This document shows positions 37,255-45,791 of a DNA stretch of 64,000 bases, one piece after another (position 1 is the stretch's first letter; every line of letters begins with the position of its first letter). This stretch comes from a virus. Position numbers and translations under genes: made by a program. Below the pieces are notes generated by a model that worked only from the letters and a program-made list of their open reading frames with translations, was not told the origin of the DNA and made no database searches. The stretch covers positions 18,681-82,680 of the IMG/VR virus record IMGVR_UViG_3300027983_000009; one strand, 5' to 3'.

Positions 37255-37275
37255 GTTTATGTTTTACACAGTACC

Positions 37276-37301
37276 CCCAGCTCAGCGGGTTAGTAGCTGA
37301 A
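37276..37301 (+). repeat. Dispersed hairpin element, CCC/GGG class
   Basis: CCC AG CTCAGC GGGTTAGTA GCTGAA. Confidence 0.7.
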
Positions 37302-37324
37302 CAGAGAGTAGAAAAGGTGTTTGT

Positions 37325-37846
37325 ATGAACAGGCTAATCTCAGCAATCGTTGCGGTACTACTTGGCGCTGCCGGCTCCGCAGTTGGAGGGTACTGGAACC
37401 CGCAGGGGGTTGTCCCTGTTGGCGACGCGAGGATCCCGGCCCAGCTTGTCGGCTGGCTGATTACTGGGCTGACTGGCATTAGCGGCCTGTTCGGCGGGGC
37501 TGCGGTCCCGTGGAAAACCTGGATGGCTGCGGCTACGGCTAAGCTGAAAGCTGGGTTTGCTACCACTACACTGCCAGGTGCATTGTCGCGATTGCAAATC
37601 GACGCAGTACCCTATAACGGGTCGCATAAATCCTCGGTGTCGGCTGTACCGATTGCGGTAGAGCACCTGCAAGGGTGTGTCTACCACCTGAGGGTTGCAC
37701 TGAGAGATGACCGACCGGCGCAGGATCTGCTGGACCAGATTGCCGTCAAGGTTGGTAGAGTCACGGCAGAGGTCGGGCAGCATCCAGTTGCTCCAATTGC
37801 TGAGGTAGAGACATTTGCGACGCTGACGAAAGGTGGTGTAATTTGA
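37325..37846 (+). CDS. Membrane protein
   Basis: N-terminal signal/TM segment plus a second TM. Confidence 0.7.
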   Translation: MNRLISAIVAVLLGAAGSAVGGYWNPQGVVPVGDARIPAQLVGWLITGLTGISGLFGGAAVPWKTWMAAATAKLKAGFATTTLPGALSRLQIDAVPYNGSHKSSVSAVPIAVEHLQGCVYHLRVALRDDRPAQDLLDQIAVKVGRVTAEVGQHPVAPIAEVETFATLTKGGVI

Positions 37847-38295
37847 AGTACCTAATCTTATCCCTGTGTGTTCTGCTGTCCGGGTGCGTACAAGTACCTG
37901 GCGACACATCTAAACCCGCGTTACCGAACCTGCCATCCCCGTCGACGCCTGACGCGCAATTCGGGGGTGTCGATGAGACACTGGTGGCGAGAATCCTGCA
38001 GTCACCAGAATTGCAGGACGCCGCCAGACTGCGTCGCTATGCCGCTCTATACCGTGGGTTATCTGAGACGGTACAGCAGCCAGAGCTGCTACCTATGCAG
38101 GTACTGCAAGGCGGTATCAAAGCCACGGAGCAGTTTATAAAGCCCAGAAGCGCCGCCATGCAGGCTATCTTGGTGTCCCACCTACCCAAGCCGCCTCTGA
38201 GCGATAGCGACAGGCAGCGAATAGTGGACGCGTTTGGCAGCTTGTCTTTGGCGTGCCACGCTGCTGCTCACCGACTCGAAACTGGGGGTAAGTGA
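37843..38295 (+). CDS. Putative lipoprotein
   Basis: Lipobox LLSG-C followed by a Pro-rich linker. Confidence 0.7.
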   Translation: MKYLILSLCVLLSGCVQVPGDTSKPALPNLPSPSTPDAQFGGVDETLVARILQSPELQDAARLRRYAALYRGLSETVQQPELLPMQVLQGGIKATEQFIKPRSAAMQAILVSHLPKPPLSDSDRQRIVDAFGSLSLACHAAAHRLETGGK

Positions 38296-38296
38296 T

Positions 38297-39253
38297 ATGA
38301 CAATCACCACGGCAAATCTGAACGATTATTGTGGGTGGGGTCGTGTCGACTCCGTAACACCCAGAGAGCGAGTACTGGAAGCGCAGCGTATGGCTGACGA
38401 GACGGCGGCTGCGTTTGCCAAGCCGTTCTTCGTTGCTGGGCAGGTTGAGAGCGGGGCCGGGAAATGCGCAAGGCTGCATAAGGTTGTAGAGAAGGTGACA
38501 GGGAAGTCACTGTACATAGGGCCGCAACTCACAGGGGACTGCGTTTCGACCTCCAGTTTCATGACTGCACAAATACGCTCGTGCATAGAAATAGCGAAGG
38601 GGGACTTTGCAAACTACAAAAAGCTCTTTACCCCTTTCCATTACGCGACCGGTCGCGTACTGGTGGGCAAGAACCGACTTCGCGGCGGTGCTGGGTCTAT
38701 CGGCGGCTGGCAGGCGGAGGCGAACGCAACGTATGGCTGGCTCGCAGAGGAAGATAACGGAGGCTTGGTCTACTCGAAGGCTATAGCCGACGCGTGGGGC
38801 GACGACAAGAAGTCCCAGGGCAAGTCGTTCCGTGACTTCATGGTGGTCGCAAAAGACTCAAACCTCGAGCAGTGGAGCCGCGTCCAGTCGTGGAACGAGG
38901 CTCGCGACGGCATGTGGCACGGCTACCCACTTACGATTGGTAGTAATCGTGGGTATACGATGAAGCCCGACAAGGACGGCTTCCACAGACCATCCGGAAC
39001 ATGGTCTCACCAGCTCACACTTTTCGCATTCTGGGAGAATGTAAAGGTCCCAGCTGTAGCTATAGGTAACACCTGGGGAGGCGTACACGGGGAGGTTAAA
39101 GACCCTGAGACCGGCGAACCTCTGCCGAAAGGTGTACTACTTGTGCGGTTGGAGGATTTCGTTAAGTACCACTTGACGAGTTCCGCTGAGTGCATTGCTT
39201 ACAGTGACGTTAACGGATTCGGTGCTACGTTTGACTGGTCGGCGTTCGGCTAG
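38297..39253 (+). CDS. Papain-like (C1-type) cysteine peptidase
   Basis: Q..GDCVS, WSHQL and IGNTWG give the Cys/His/Asn triad. Confidence 0.75.
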   Translation: MTITTANLNDYCGWGRVDSVTPRERVLEAQRMADETAAAFAKPFFVAGQVESGAGKCARLHKVVEKVTGKSLYIGPQLTGDCVSTSSFMTAQIRSCIEIAKGDFANYKKLFTPFHYATGRVLVGKNRLRGGAGSIGGWQAEANATYGWLAEEDNGGLVYSKAIADAWGDDKKSQGKSFRDFMVVAKDSNLEQWSRVQSWNEARDGMWHGYPLTIGSNRGYTMKPDKDGFHRPSGTWSHQLTLFAFWENVKVPAVAIGNTWGGVHGEVKDPETGEPLPKGVLLVRLEDFVKYHLTSSAECIAYSDVNGFGATFDWSAFG

Positions 39254-39288
39254 GCTGCGGCCCGATAGTGACCATATGGAGAATTGGC

Positions 39289-40524
39289 ATGAAGAGAATT
39301 TTGGGATTGGTAGCAGTACTGCTGCTTACAGTTGGTTGCGGGCAGCTGCAGCTACCAAAAGTTATAATTGTGACACCGCTCAGCGAGCAGGATGTCCTTG
39401 ACGCGAGAGCGTTAGCCTTGATCGGTGCAAATGCAGACCTGGGCGCCACCATTGAGGAGGATGACAAGCCGCAGGCGTGCCCATGCGGAGGGACCGGCCG
39501 TAGCGGTGACGGTCTAGGGCCGTGCGAGTGTGCAGGCGGCTGCAAGTGTAAAGCTAGAAGTGCGGCACCGATCAGCGACCCTGACCCAGAGCCATCCCCG
39601 GTCGACGAGCTCGAACCCGAGGTGGCAGAGGACCCAGAACCTGTCAGTAGCGCCGCCGCAGTAGGTAGCGTGTCGGCAGAGGCGGAGCTGTTTCAGCAGC
39701 TCGCAGATACGCTGAAACAGTTGAGTGAGATTGATAAGTCGACTGCTACGGTTGTCTCAGCTTTGGATAAGCGAATTACTGCACTCGAAGCAAGCAGGCA
39801 GACTGCTACCACTGCTACGGTTACGAAAGCAGTGAACGACAGCCCTGAGCGGCAGCTGATCATCCTGTATACGGATAAAGACATTGATGCGATCGATACG
39901 TGGGAGACAGAGCAGGGATCCCAGTTGGTTGATGTTGGGTGGTCGGTGGGCACGGACTCTAGTTATCAAGTGGTGAAGCTCAGGATTGAAGCACCAGATG
40001 CCGGTCAGTATCAGCAGGCCTTGGAGCTCGCCACAAAGAACGGTACACCATACTGGGCTGTATTCACTGCAGCTAAATTTCAGAAAGGCGGCGTCGGCCT
40101 GCCGGCTGCTTCCGTTGTGTCGACGATGCTGAACACTAAGCTCGCACCAGCAACCAGTCAGCTGGAGCCTTGGAAGGCTATCCCTGAAACGTGGCCAGCG
40201 CGTGTCCCTATCAACGGTACGACAACACCATCCAAGCGGACGTTCGTGTCGCATTTGCGTGGCGGTGGGAAGGGTGGTGAAAAACATGTAACCAAGTACT
40301 TCCAGAGCTGGCCTCTAGAAAGTATGACGATCGGACAGCTTGCCACGCTGCACGATCAGGACCATTCGGCTAGCACTGTTACCAGCAACCAAGGGACCAC
40401 AACGCAGCCGACTGTGAAATACACACAGCCGACTGTGCAGTACATGCAGCCTACCCAGAGCAATCGGCGACGAGGTGGTCTCTTTCAATCTCGCGGCAAT
40501 TGCGCAAACGGGAAGTGCTTTTAA
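39289..40524 (+). CDS. Putative lipoprotein with a Cys-rich motif and C-terminal CxNGxC
   Basis: LTVG-C lipobox; CPCGGTG..GDG…CEC; terminal GNCANGKCF. Confidence 0.7.
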   Translation: MKRILGLVAVLLLTVGCGQLQLPKVIIVTPLSEQDVLDARALALIGANADLGATIEEDDKPQACPCGGTGRSGDGLGPCECAGGCKCKARSAAPISDPDPEPSPVDELEPEVAEDPEPVSSAAAVGSVSAEAELFQQLADTLKQLSEIDKSTATVVSALDKRITALEASRQTATTATVTKAVNDSPERQLIILYTDKDIDAIDTWETEQGSQLVDVGWSVGTDSSYQVVKLRIEAPDAGQYQQALELATKNGTPYWAVFTAAKFQKGGVGLPAASVVSTMLNTKLAPATSQLEPWKAIPETWPARVPINGTTTPSKRTFVSHLRGGGKGGEKHVTKYFQSWPLESMTIGQLATLHDQDHSASTVTSNQGTTTQPTVKYTQPTVQYMQPTQSNRRRGGLFQSRGNCANGKCF

Positions 40525-41288
40525 TGTCAGACTCTGCAGTATTCGTAACGCAGCTCCTGGGATTGCAGGTAGTGCAAGCCGGGCTGCTTGAGTGTGCCCA
40601 CAGCAGCGGTCCGCCGGTAGGTCAGACTGCTGACGGCCCTGTTGTGGGATTATTCCGTGTGCGGAGAGAGCTGGATGTGTCTCCGCAGGTTCAGAAGATT
40701 GCGGAGTCTGTATTGGACGGGGATAAGGATATCCGTATCGGCGGAATCCGCATTGTGATACCGGTTAGCAGGCAATACGTGTTTGCTACACCGCTGCCAG
40801 TATTCGTAGCAGCGGTAGGTACTGAGTTCAACGTATCGATTAGTAAGCTGGAGCTGATCCGGGACGAGCAAACCTCACAACCTGCGATCCTGGTTACGAC
40901 AGCTTCCAGCATCAAGCCAGACTTGGTTGTGGTGCTGGCGGTGTTGCCGGAAAATAAACCGGATACTGAGCCGTCGGGTTTTGATATCTCACTGATCACC
41001 ACCAAGTTGCTGCAAACCAACCGTGTCCCTGCGCAGCATACTGCTGCAATCATTAAAGCGACCCAGCACGCCTGGCGGACAGGGATGGCAACCCAAACAG
41101 CTTCGAGGATGCTGCCCAAGACAGGCAAGAAGGCATCACAGCACCAGCTTGAGGCTGCGGCTCGAGAGATAGTGAAACAGCTGGTAGATCAGCAGGTTGT
41201 CACGATGGGCCTATTTTTCTGGATGCGGCTGGGTTATTGGCTTCTCACTATTATCATGCTCCTTCTGGAGCAACCAGACAGCGACTAG
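40524..41288 (+). CDS. Hypothetical protein with a C-terminal TM
   Basis: TAATG overlap with the previous gene. Confidence 0.65.
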   Translation: MSDSAVFVTQLLGLQVVQAGLLECAHSSGPPVGQTADGPVVGLFRVRRELDVSPQVQKIAESVLDGDKDIRIGGIRIVIPVSRQYVFATPLPVFVAAVGTEFNVSISKLELIRDEQTSQPAILVTTASSIKPDLVVVLAVLPENKPDTEPSGFDISLITTKLLQTNRVPAQHTAAIIKATQHAWRTGMATQTASRMLPKTGKKASQHQLEAAAREIVKQLVDQQVVTMGLFFWMRLGYWLLTIIMLLLEQPDSD

Positions 41289-41331
41289 ACCGTTGTGGTC
41301 TTGCAGTCGTTTTTGTTTTTTTGGCTGTTAC

Positions 41332-41398
41332 GCCTCTGCAGAGGCTTCGTGTCTGCAGCTGAAGAAATGAAGCCTCTGCAGAGGCTTTGTGTCTGCAG
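41332..41398 (+). repeat. Two tandem hairpin elements plus an overlapping antisense copy
   Basis: GCC TC TGCAGA GGCTT[CT]GTG TCTGCAG at 41332 and 41372. Confidence 0.8.
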
Positions 41399-41462
41399 AG
41401 GCAGAGATACTGCGCCTGCGAATGGTGCATCATCAGTTCACTGTAGCTATGTAGGGAGTAAC

Positions 41463-41942
41463 ATGCAGCCACGACTGGACCGTATAGGTGATATCACCAG
41501 AGCAGCTGTCACGCAGCTGTTTATGCAACTGCTCAACCCGCAGCGGCGATACAGAGTGGCAGAGTTTGACTTTACTACGTACGACATTGCTAAGCCTGTA
41601 GTAGAGGCTGCGCAGTTCATGCTATCTCAAACACTGACTCCGACAGAGATCGATACTGTGCGTAAGAAGTCAGTAGAGCTGTGGAAGAGATATGTGAGCA
41701 TGACCGGAGTGGCTGAGTGGTGCGGAGAAGGAGCTGACGGCTCTACCCCGGAGAAGCTGATGATGCGGTGGGCTACAGACGCCCAGCAGCTGCTGGAAGC
41801 TGGCACACGCGAAGACTTAGCGGAAGCTAAGACGCACATGACACTGATACAGAACACGATTAAAGAGCTACAGCAGCAACGTGGTATTTCGGGCACACCA
41901 GTCAGCAGGCCACCAGCTATACAGCAGAGAAAGAGGAAGTAG
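41463..41942 (+). CDS. Hypothetical protein
   Basis: GGGAG RBS then ATG at 41463. Confidence 0.65.
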   Translation: MQPRLDRIGDITRAAVTQLFMQLLNPQRRYRVAEFDFTTYDIAKPVVEAAQFMLSQTLTPTEIDTVRKKSVELWKRYVSMTGVAEWCGEGADGSTPEKLMMRWATDAQQLLEAGTREDLAEAKTHMTLIQNTIKELQQQRGISGTPVSRPPAIQQRKRK

Positions 41943-41988
41943 TGTGAGCAGGCTTGTGCAACTACAGTCGGTGATTGGAGACTAAGCT

Positions 41989-42183
41989 ATGTTAGCGTAC
42001 GGAGCTAGAGTTATTGAGTTCATGGACGGCCCATTACAGGGCGAGTTTCACGAAGTAGAGAACGGCTTCCCGTGCCCGGATAGGATGTCCGTACCAGATG
42101 CGACAGCGAAGTGGGAATACATATACGACATAGATAGCAGTACAGGCAGAGCGACCTTCGTCAGCGAGGGTGTGCGCAGATAG
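41989..42183 (+). CDS. Small phage protein (F.DGPL.G)
   Basis: GGAG RBS. Confidence 0.6.
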   Translation: MLAYGARVIEFMDGPLQGEFHEVENGFPCPDRMSVPDATAKWEYIYDIDSSTGRATFVSEGVRR

Positions 42184-42194
42184 CAGGAGACACA

Positions 42195-42509
42195 ATGAGC
42201 GTCAAATACATCCGATACACAGACGAGAAAACAGAGCCGGTAGCTCGCAAACCTATCAGCGTAGGTAAAGACCCGGCAGCACAGGGTTTCCTGAGGATGT
42301 TTGGTCAGCCGACCAAGCTACCAGGTCAGGACGACGAGGGTTACGGCGGCAAGATCACCACAGACAAGATGGTCTACGTCAACCGTAGTGATACTAGCAC
42401 CAATGGCAACGCTAGAGGCGGTCGCTGGTACCGCGTGTATGCAACTTGCTACGGCAATGCGACATCCTCTTGGGTGCTCATAGGAAAAACTCGGTACCAC
42501 TTACGTTGA
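42195..42509 (+). CDS. Conserved phage protein (GYG.KI.T..MV…RWYRVY..CYGN..S)
   Basis: AGGAG RBS; recognisable small phage family. Confidence 0.7.
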   Translation: MSVKYIRYTDEKTEPVARKPISVGKDPAAQGFLRMFGQPTKLPGQDDEGYGGKITTDKMVYVNRSDTSTNGNARGGRWYRVYATCYGNATSSWVLIGKTRYHLR

Positions 42510-42538
42510 CCGCAGAGGCAGCAAACAGGACGTAGCGA

Positions 42539-42642
42539 TCTGCAGAAATGAAGCCTCTGCAGGGGCATGACTAGCACTGTACGCTGAACCTGTGGCGAGT
42601 CAACTGCACAGGTAAAAAATTGTGTAACAGCACCACGGAATT
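42539..42642 (-). promoter_or_regulatory. Antisense promoter+hairpin mini-cassette, copy 2
   Basis: Minus strand: TTGACT-N16-TACAGT, then GCC CC TGCAGA GGCTTCATT TCTGCAG. Confidence 0.65.
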
Positions 42643-42735
42643 TGAAGAGACAGCAAACAGAAAGCAGGAAAATCATGAAAGACCAGGACTACTACAAAGA
42701 GCTCTACCCAGTGATCCTAGACCGTTGGTTTTTAC

Positions 42736-42762
42736 GCCTCTGCAGGGGCTTCGTGTCTGCAG
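42736..42762 (+). repeat. Dispersed hairpin element at a duplication junction
   Basis: GCC TC TGCAGG GGCTTCGTG TCTGCA G. Confidence 0.75.
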
Positions 42763-42999
42763 CTTACGGCAATGCGACATCCTCTTGGGTGCTCATTGGA
42801 AACATTCAGTACCACTTACGTTGACCGCAGAGGCAGCAACAATGGTTACGGGAAATAAGGTGACGGTTAAAGAAGAGCACAAGAAGACCAAACAGCCAGC
42901 AGCTGGATACAGTCGACCACTTGGGGAGTCTTGTGCTGAGTGCGGGTTAATATTTGGACAGCACCGCCATAATTGCAGTAAACAGAAAGCAGGAAAATC

Positions 43000-43626
43000 A
43001 TGAAAGACTGGGACTACTACACCGAAACGGACGTTCGATTTTACGGATTCAAGGAAGAGAGTACTCTGTTTAGTGAGCGATTGCAGGCGATAGACGCAGC
43101 AAAACTAACAGCAGAGGAGCGAGAGACGGCCAAGAGAGAGCTGAAGCCGACGATTCGCCGAGAGTTTCGGGAATTAAATGCTCCGCACAGGGCGGCATTA
43201 AGACGCAAGCAAGACGAGTTCTGGGCAGACGCCCGGGAAGATTTGGGGTATACCGAGACCTTGTCGAAGGAAGCTGTAGCAGCCATGGAGAGCGAAGCCT
43301 GGGAGCAGGAGCACTCTGATGGTTTCTCTGAAGTGTACATCGCACTGCAAGACTTGTGGGCTGTTGTTGAGGCGGCAGCGGCAGCGGCAGTTAAAGTCGC
43401 TACCGTGCCGGCTGAGACGGCAACCAAAAAACCGGAAAAGAATACGAGACAGATCCGCCAATTGCAAGACCTGACAACAGCGGTGATGATCTCGCTGAAT
43501 CACAGTTCGTCGCCTAGGGTCGTTGGGATTGCTAGGGACACTGCTAGCAACACGCCGAATGTACTGCTCGCTACAGCTCAGGATGTACCTATCCGTATTA
43601 CTGTAGATCTGCAGGTGGGGCTCTAA
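43000..43626 (+). CDS. Hypothetical phage protein
   Basis: 208 aa; AWEQEHSDGFSEVY motif. Confidence 0.7.
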   Translation: MKDWDYYTETDVRFYGFKEESTLFSERLQAIDAAKLTAEERETAKRELKPTIRREFRELNAPHRAALRRKQDEFWADAREDLGYTETLSKEAVAAMESEAWEQEHSDGFSEVYIALQDLWAVVEAAAAAAVKVATVPAETATKKPEKNTRQIRQLQDLTTAVMISLNHSSSPRVVGIARDTASNTPNVLLATAQDVPIRITVDLQVGL

Positions 43627-43627
43627 G

Positions 43628-43846
43628 ATGGCCAGATTCACAATCGCAGAGCTGAAGGCTGGTACGTGCAGCATGACAGAGCTGGCTCGCGTGATAGATT
43701 TGAAATTGAGTAGATGGCCGGGGAATTGCGACTTTGTGGCGACGAAGCTGGTAGAGTACGGCCAATTACCGGGCCGCGTAGTGCGAGGTCACTACCATGG
43801 CCGAATATCATCTGCAGAAATGAAGCCTCTGCAGAGGCATGCCTAG
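43628..43846 (+). CDS. Hypothetical protein whose 3' end runs into the mini-cassette
   Basis: Ends in the element-derived SAEMKPLQRHA. Confidence 0.45.
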   Translation: MARFTIAELKAGTCSMTELARVIDLKLSRWPGNCDFVATKLVEYGQLPGRVVRGHYHGRISSAEMKPLQRHA

Positions 43847-43899
43847 CACTGTACGCTGAACTTGAGGCGAGTCAACTGCACAGGTAAAAAATTGTGTAA
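43811..43899 (-). promoter_or_regulatory. Antisense promoter+hairpin mini-cassette, copy 3
   Basis: Minus strand: TTGACT-N16-TACAGT, then GCC TC TGCAGA GGCTTCATT TCTGCAG. Confidence 0.65.
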
Positions 43900-43947
43900 A
43901 ATCCCCCTAAACGCCTCAATAGAGGCTGCTCGAACGAAAGGATAACT

Positions 43948-44193
43948 ATGACCAAGCAGGCGCCAGTATGGTTTGCGTTAATTGGAGGGGCCTATGAGAT
44001 CTGCATTGCGTGCAGCGAGACGCTGGCTGAAATAGAGAGTGCCCAGAAGGATGTTGTGACGGCCACCAGGATCGTCGAGACAACCCGAGAGTACGAGCGT
44101 GGTGAGAAAGTCACCCAGTACACGTACACTGAAAAAGTGAGCAAACTACAGGCCGAGCCCGACGCCGTACCGAACCCGCCAGAGGAAGGGTAG
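43948..44193 (+). CDS. Hypothetical protein
   Basis: AAGGA RBS. Confidence 0.6.
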   Translation: MTKQAPVWFALIGGAYEICIACSETLAEIESAQKDVVTATRIVETTREYERGEKVTQYTYTEKVSKLQAEPDAVPNPPEEG

Positions 44194-44414
44194 TAAACTG
44201 TGCTGTGCCGTAACCAGCAGTGCGAAAGACTGCAACCAGATGCAATATACCGAGATGGTATGCTGCACACACCTATCCCCGAGGCTAGACGAGTTACGGG
44301 GGTAGTTGCTTATTTTCGGGAGATTGTTCGTCAGCACCAACAGTCAGCCAAGTGGGGTCGTACGGACTCCGCTGGCAGACTGGTGCACCTCATTTACCCA
44401 GATGGAGCCGACAC

Positions 44415-45257
44415 ATGAGTACAGAGCAGCGATACGCAGAGATCCTCGGGACCAACGTTATCGAGATTCCGACCCACCCGAAGAGGGAGATACCAAGTTG
44501 GGTGACCCCCATCAGCAGCATGGGGTACATTATGGCGAGACTCGCCGTGGTGCAGCAGCTTATCGCCGCACTGAGGAAACTGTTGCCGGATACAAGTATG
44601 GATTACGTTACACCAATCTGGGTACACCCTATTGATGAGGCCGTGGCCACACCAGAATTCCGACCTGTTGTGTGGGGCAACTGCAGCCATCCACTGTTGG
44701 CTATCCCTGATGTCAGGGTACTGACGCACCACATACAGAGAGCACCACAATTCCAAGCAGAGATAGCGGCAGTGTACAGCGAGTTGTGGGGGAGCGTGCT
44801 GCAGCTAAACTCCGAGGCTTTTACTCATCGAGACATTGTCGCGGACTGTGTTAAAACAGTTATGTCAATCCGCATGGGCCGCACGCAGGTCAGGCCGGTC
44901 AGGTTGTCATCCTCCCGCTGGGTGTTCGATTGCCACAGTCCCGACCTGGAGTGTCAGTTAACGGAGTTTCTGCTGTTTGCAGTGATCGGAATGTCGCGGG
45001 AGATAAATAAGGTAATGCGTGACAAGCTGCGGTCAGCGGAGCCCGGCGACGTTGCGCATGTCAGCTACGAGGTGCCGCAGCTTGAGTTTCAGCTATCGCA
45101 GCACATGTTGTCTATAGTCAGCACCACCCACCTTGTTGTAGTCGTTGTGCCGGAAGACGTCCCGTCGCCGCTGTATGTGTACGCTCCAGACTCTACGCCA
45201 GACGGCACGCTGCATTTCTTCAGTATCGACGGCAATAGCATCGACTACGACAAGTAG
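44415..45257 (+). CDS. Hypothetical protein
   Basis: GGAG RBS then ATG at 44415. Confidence 0.7.
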   Translation: MSTEQRYAEILGTNVIEIPTHPKREIPSWVTPISSMGYIMARLAVVQQLIAALRKLLPDTSMDYVTPIWVHPIDEAVATPEFRPVVWGNCSHPLLAIPDVRVLTHHIQRAPQFQAEIAAVYSELWGSVLQLNSEAFTHRDIVADCVKTVMSIRMGRTQVRPVRLSSSRWVFDCHSPDLECQLTEFLLFAVIGMSREINKVMRDKLRSAEPGDVAHVSYEVPQLEFQLSQHMLSIVSTTHLVVVVVPEDVPSPLYVYAPDSTPDGTLHFFSIDGNSIDYDK

Positions 45258-45277
45258 GACCTTGTGAGGTGAGCCGT

Positions 45278-45310
45278 ACTGCCGTAGTCATCTGCGGCAG
45301 TTTTTTATTT
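45278..45310 (+). terminator. Intrinsic terminator
   Basis: ACTGCCGTAG-TCAT-CTGCGGCAGT-TTTTTATTT. Confidence 0.7.
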
Positions 45311-45335
45311 ATACTGCCACTGCGGTGGCGTATCT

Positions 45336-45791
45336 GTGAGGGGGATAAACGTGGCGATCAGAGTAACTCCGCAACAGCGGGACAGTATGGCTGAGCATGT
45401 TTACCAGACAGCCAGGAGCTGGCTGGAGGTGAACTACGGCGAGCGGTGCGACGAGTACGAGTTAGGCTGCGAAAGTTGCCTGCGGTATGAGCTGCTGGAT
45501 AAACTATTGGCAGGTACTACTACTGTGGCAACACTCATAAAGGAGGTTGAGCGGCTGGATACAGCCCTGGCGTGGCGGTGGGCTATGTTGGAGAGTATGG
45601 AAGACACTAAGCAGCCAGAGGCGGACAGGACGCGTGTGTTACGGCTAGTGGAGCAGGTGTTCGGCGTAGCCGAGCAGGCAGTTAAGCAGTTGGACGACTC
45701 GCTAGAGTCGGCTGCAATCAAGAAAGAGCTGGAAAAAGTAACAGCAGCGAGGGAAGTGTTATGCCAAGACAGGGTGTGCCCGCCGAAGTAA
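45336..45791 (+). CDS. Hypothetical protein (YGERC.EY..GC..C)
   Basis: Likely start is GTG at 45351, after GAGGGGG. Confidence 0.65.
   Translation: MRGINVAIRVTPQQRDSMAEHVYQTARSWLEVNYGERCDEYELGCESCLRYELLDKLLAGTTTVATLIKEVERLDTALAWRWAMLESMEDTKQPEADRTRVLRLVEQVFGVAEQAVKQLDDSLESAAIKKELEKVTAAREVLCQDRVCPPK

Noticed and set aside
41295-41462. N-terminal ORF extensions through hairpin elements (also 24741, 28675, 36708, 7544, 11369)
   Set aside because: They translate the noncoding element, and better RBS-linked starts lie downstream.
45316-45338. Possible additional element copy (GCCACTGCGGTGGCGTATCTG)
   Set aside because: Spacing is 3 nt short and the stem geometry does not fit.
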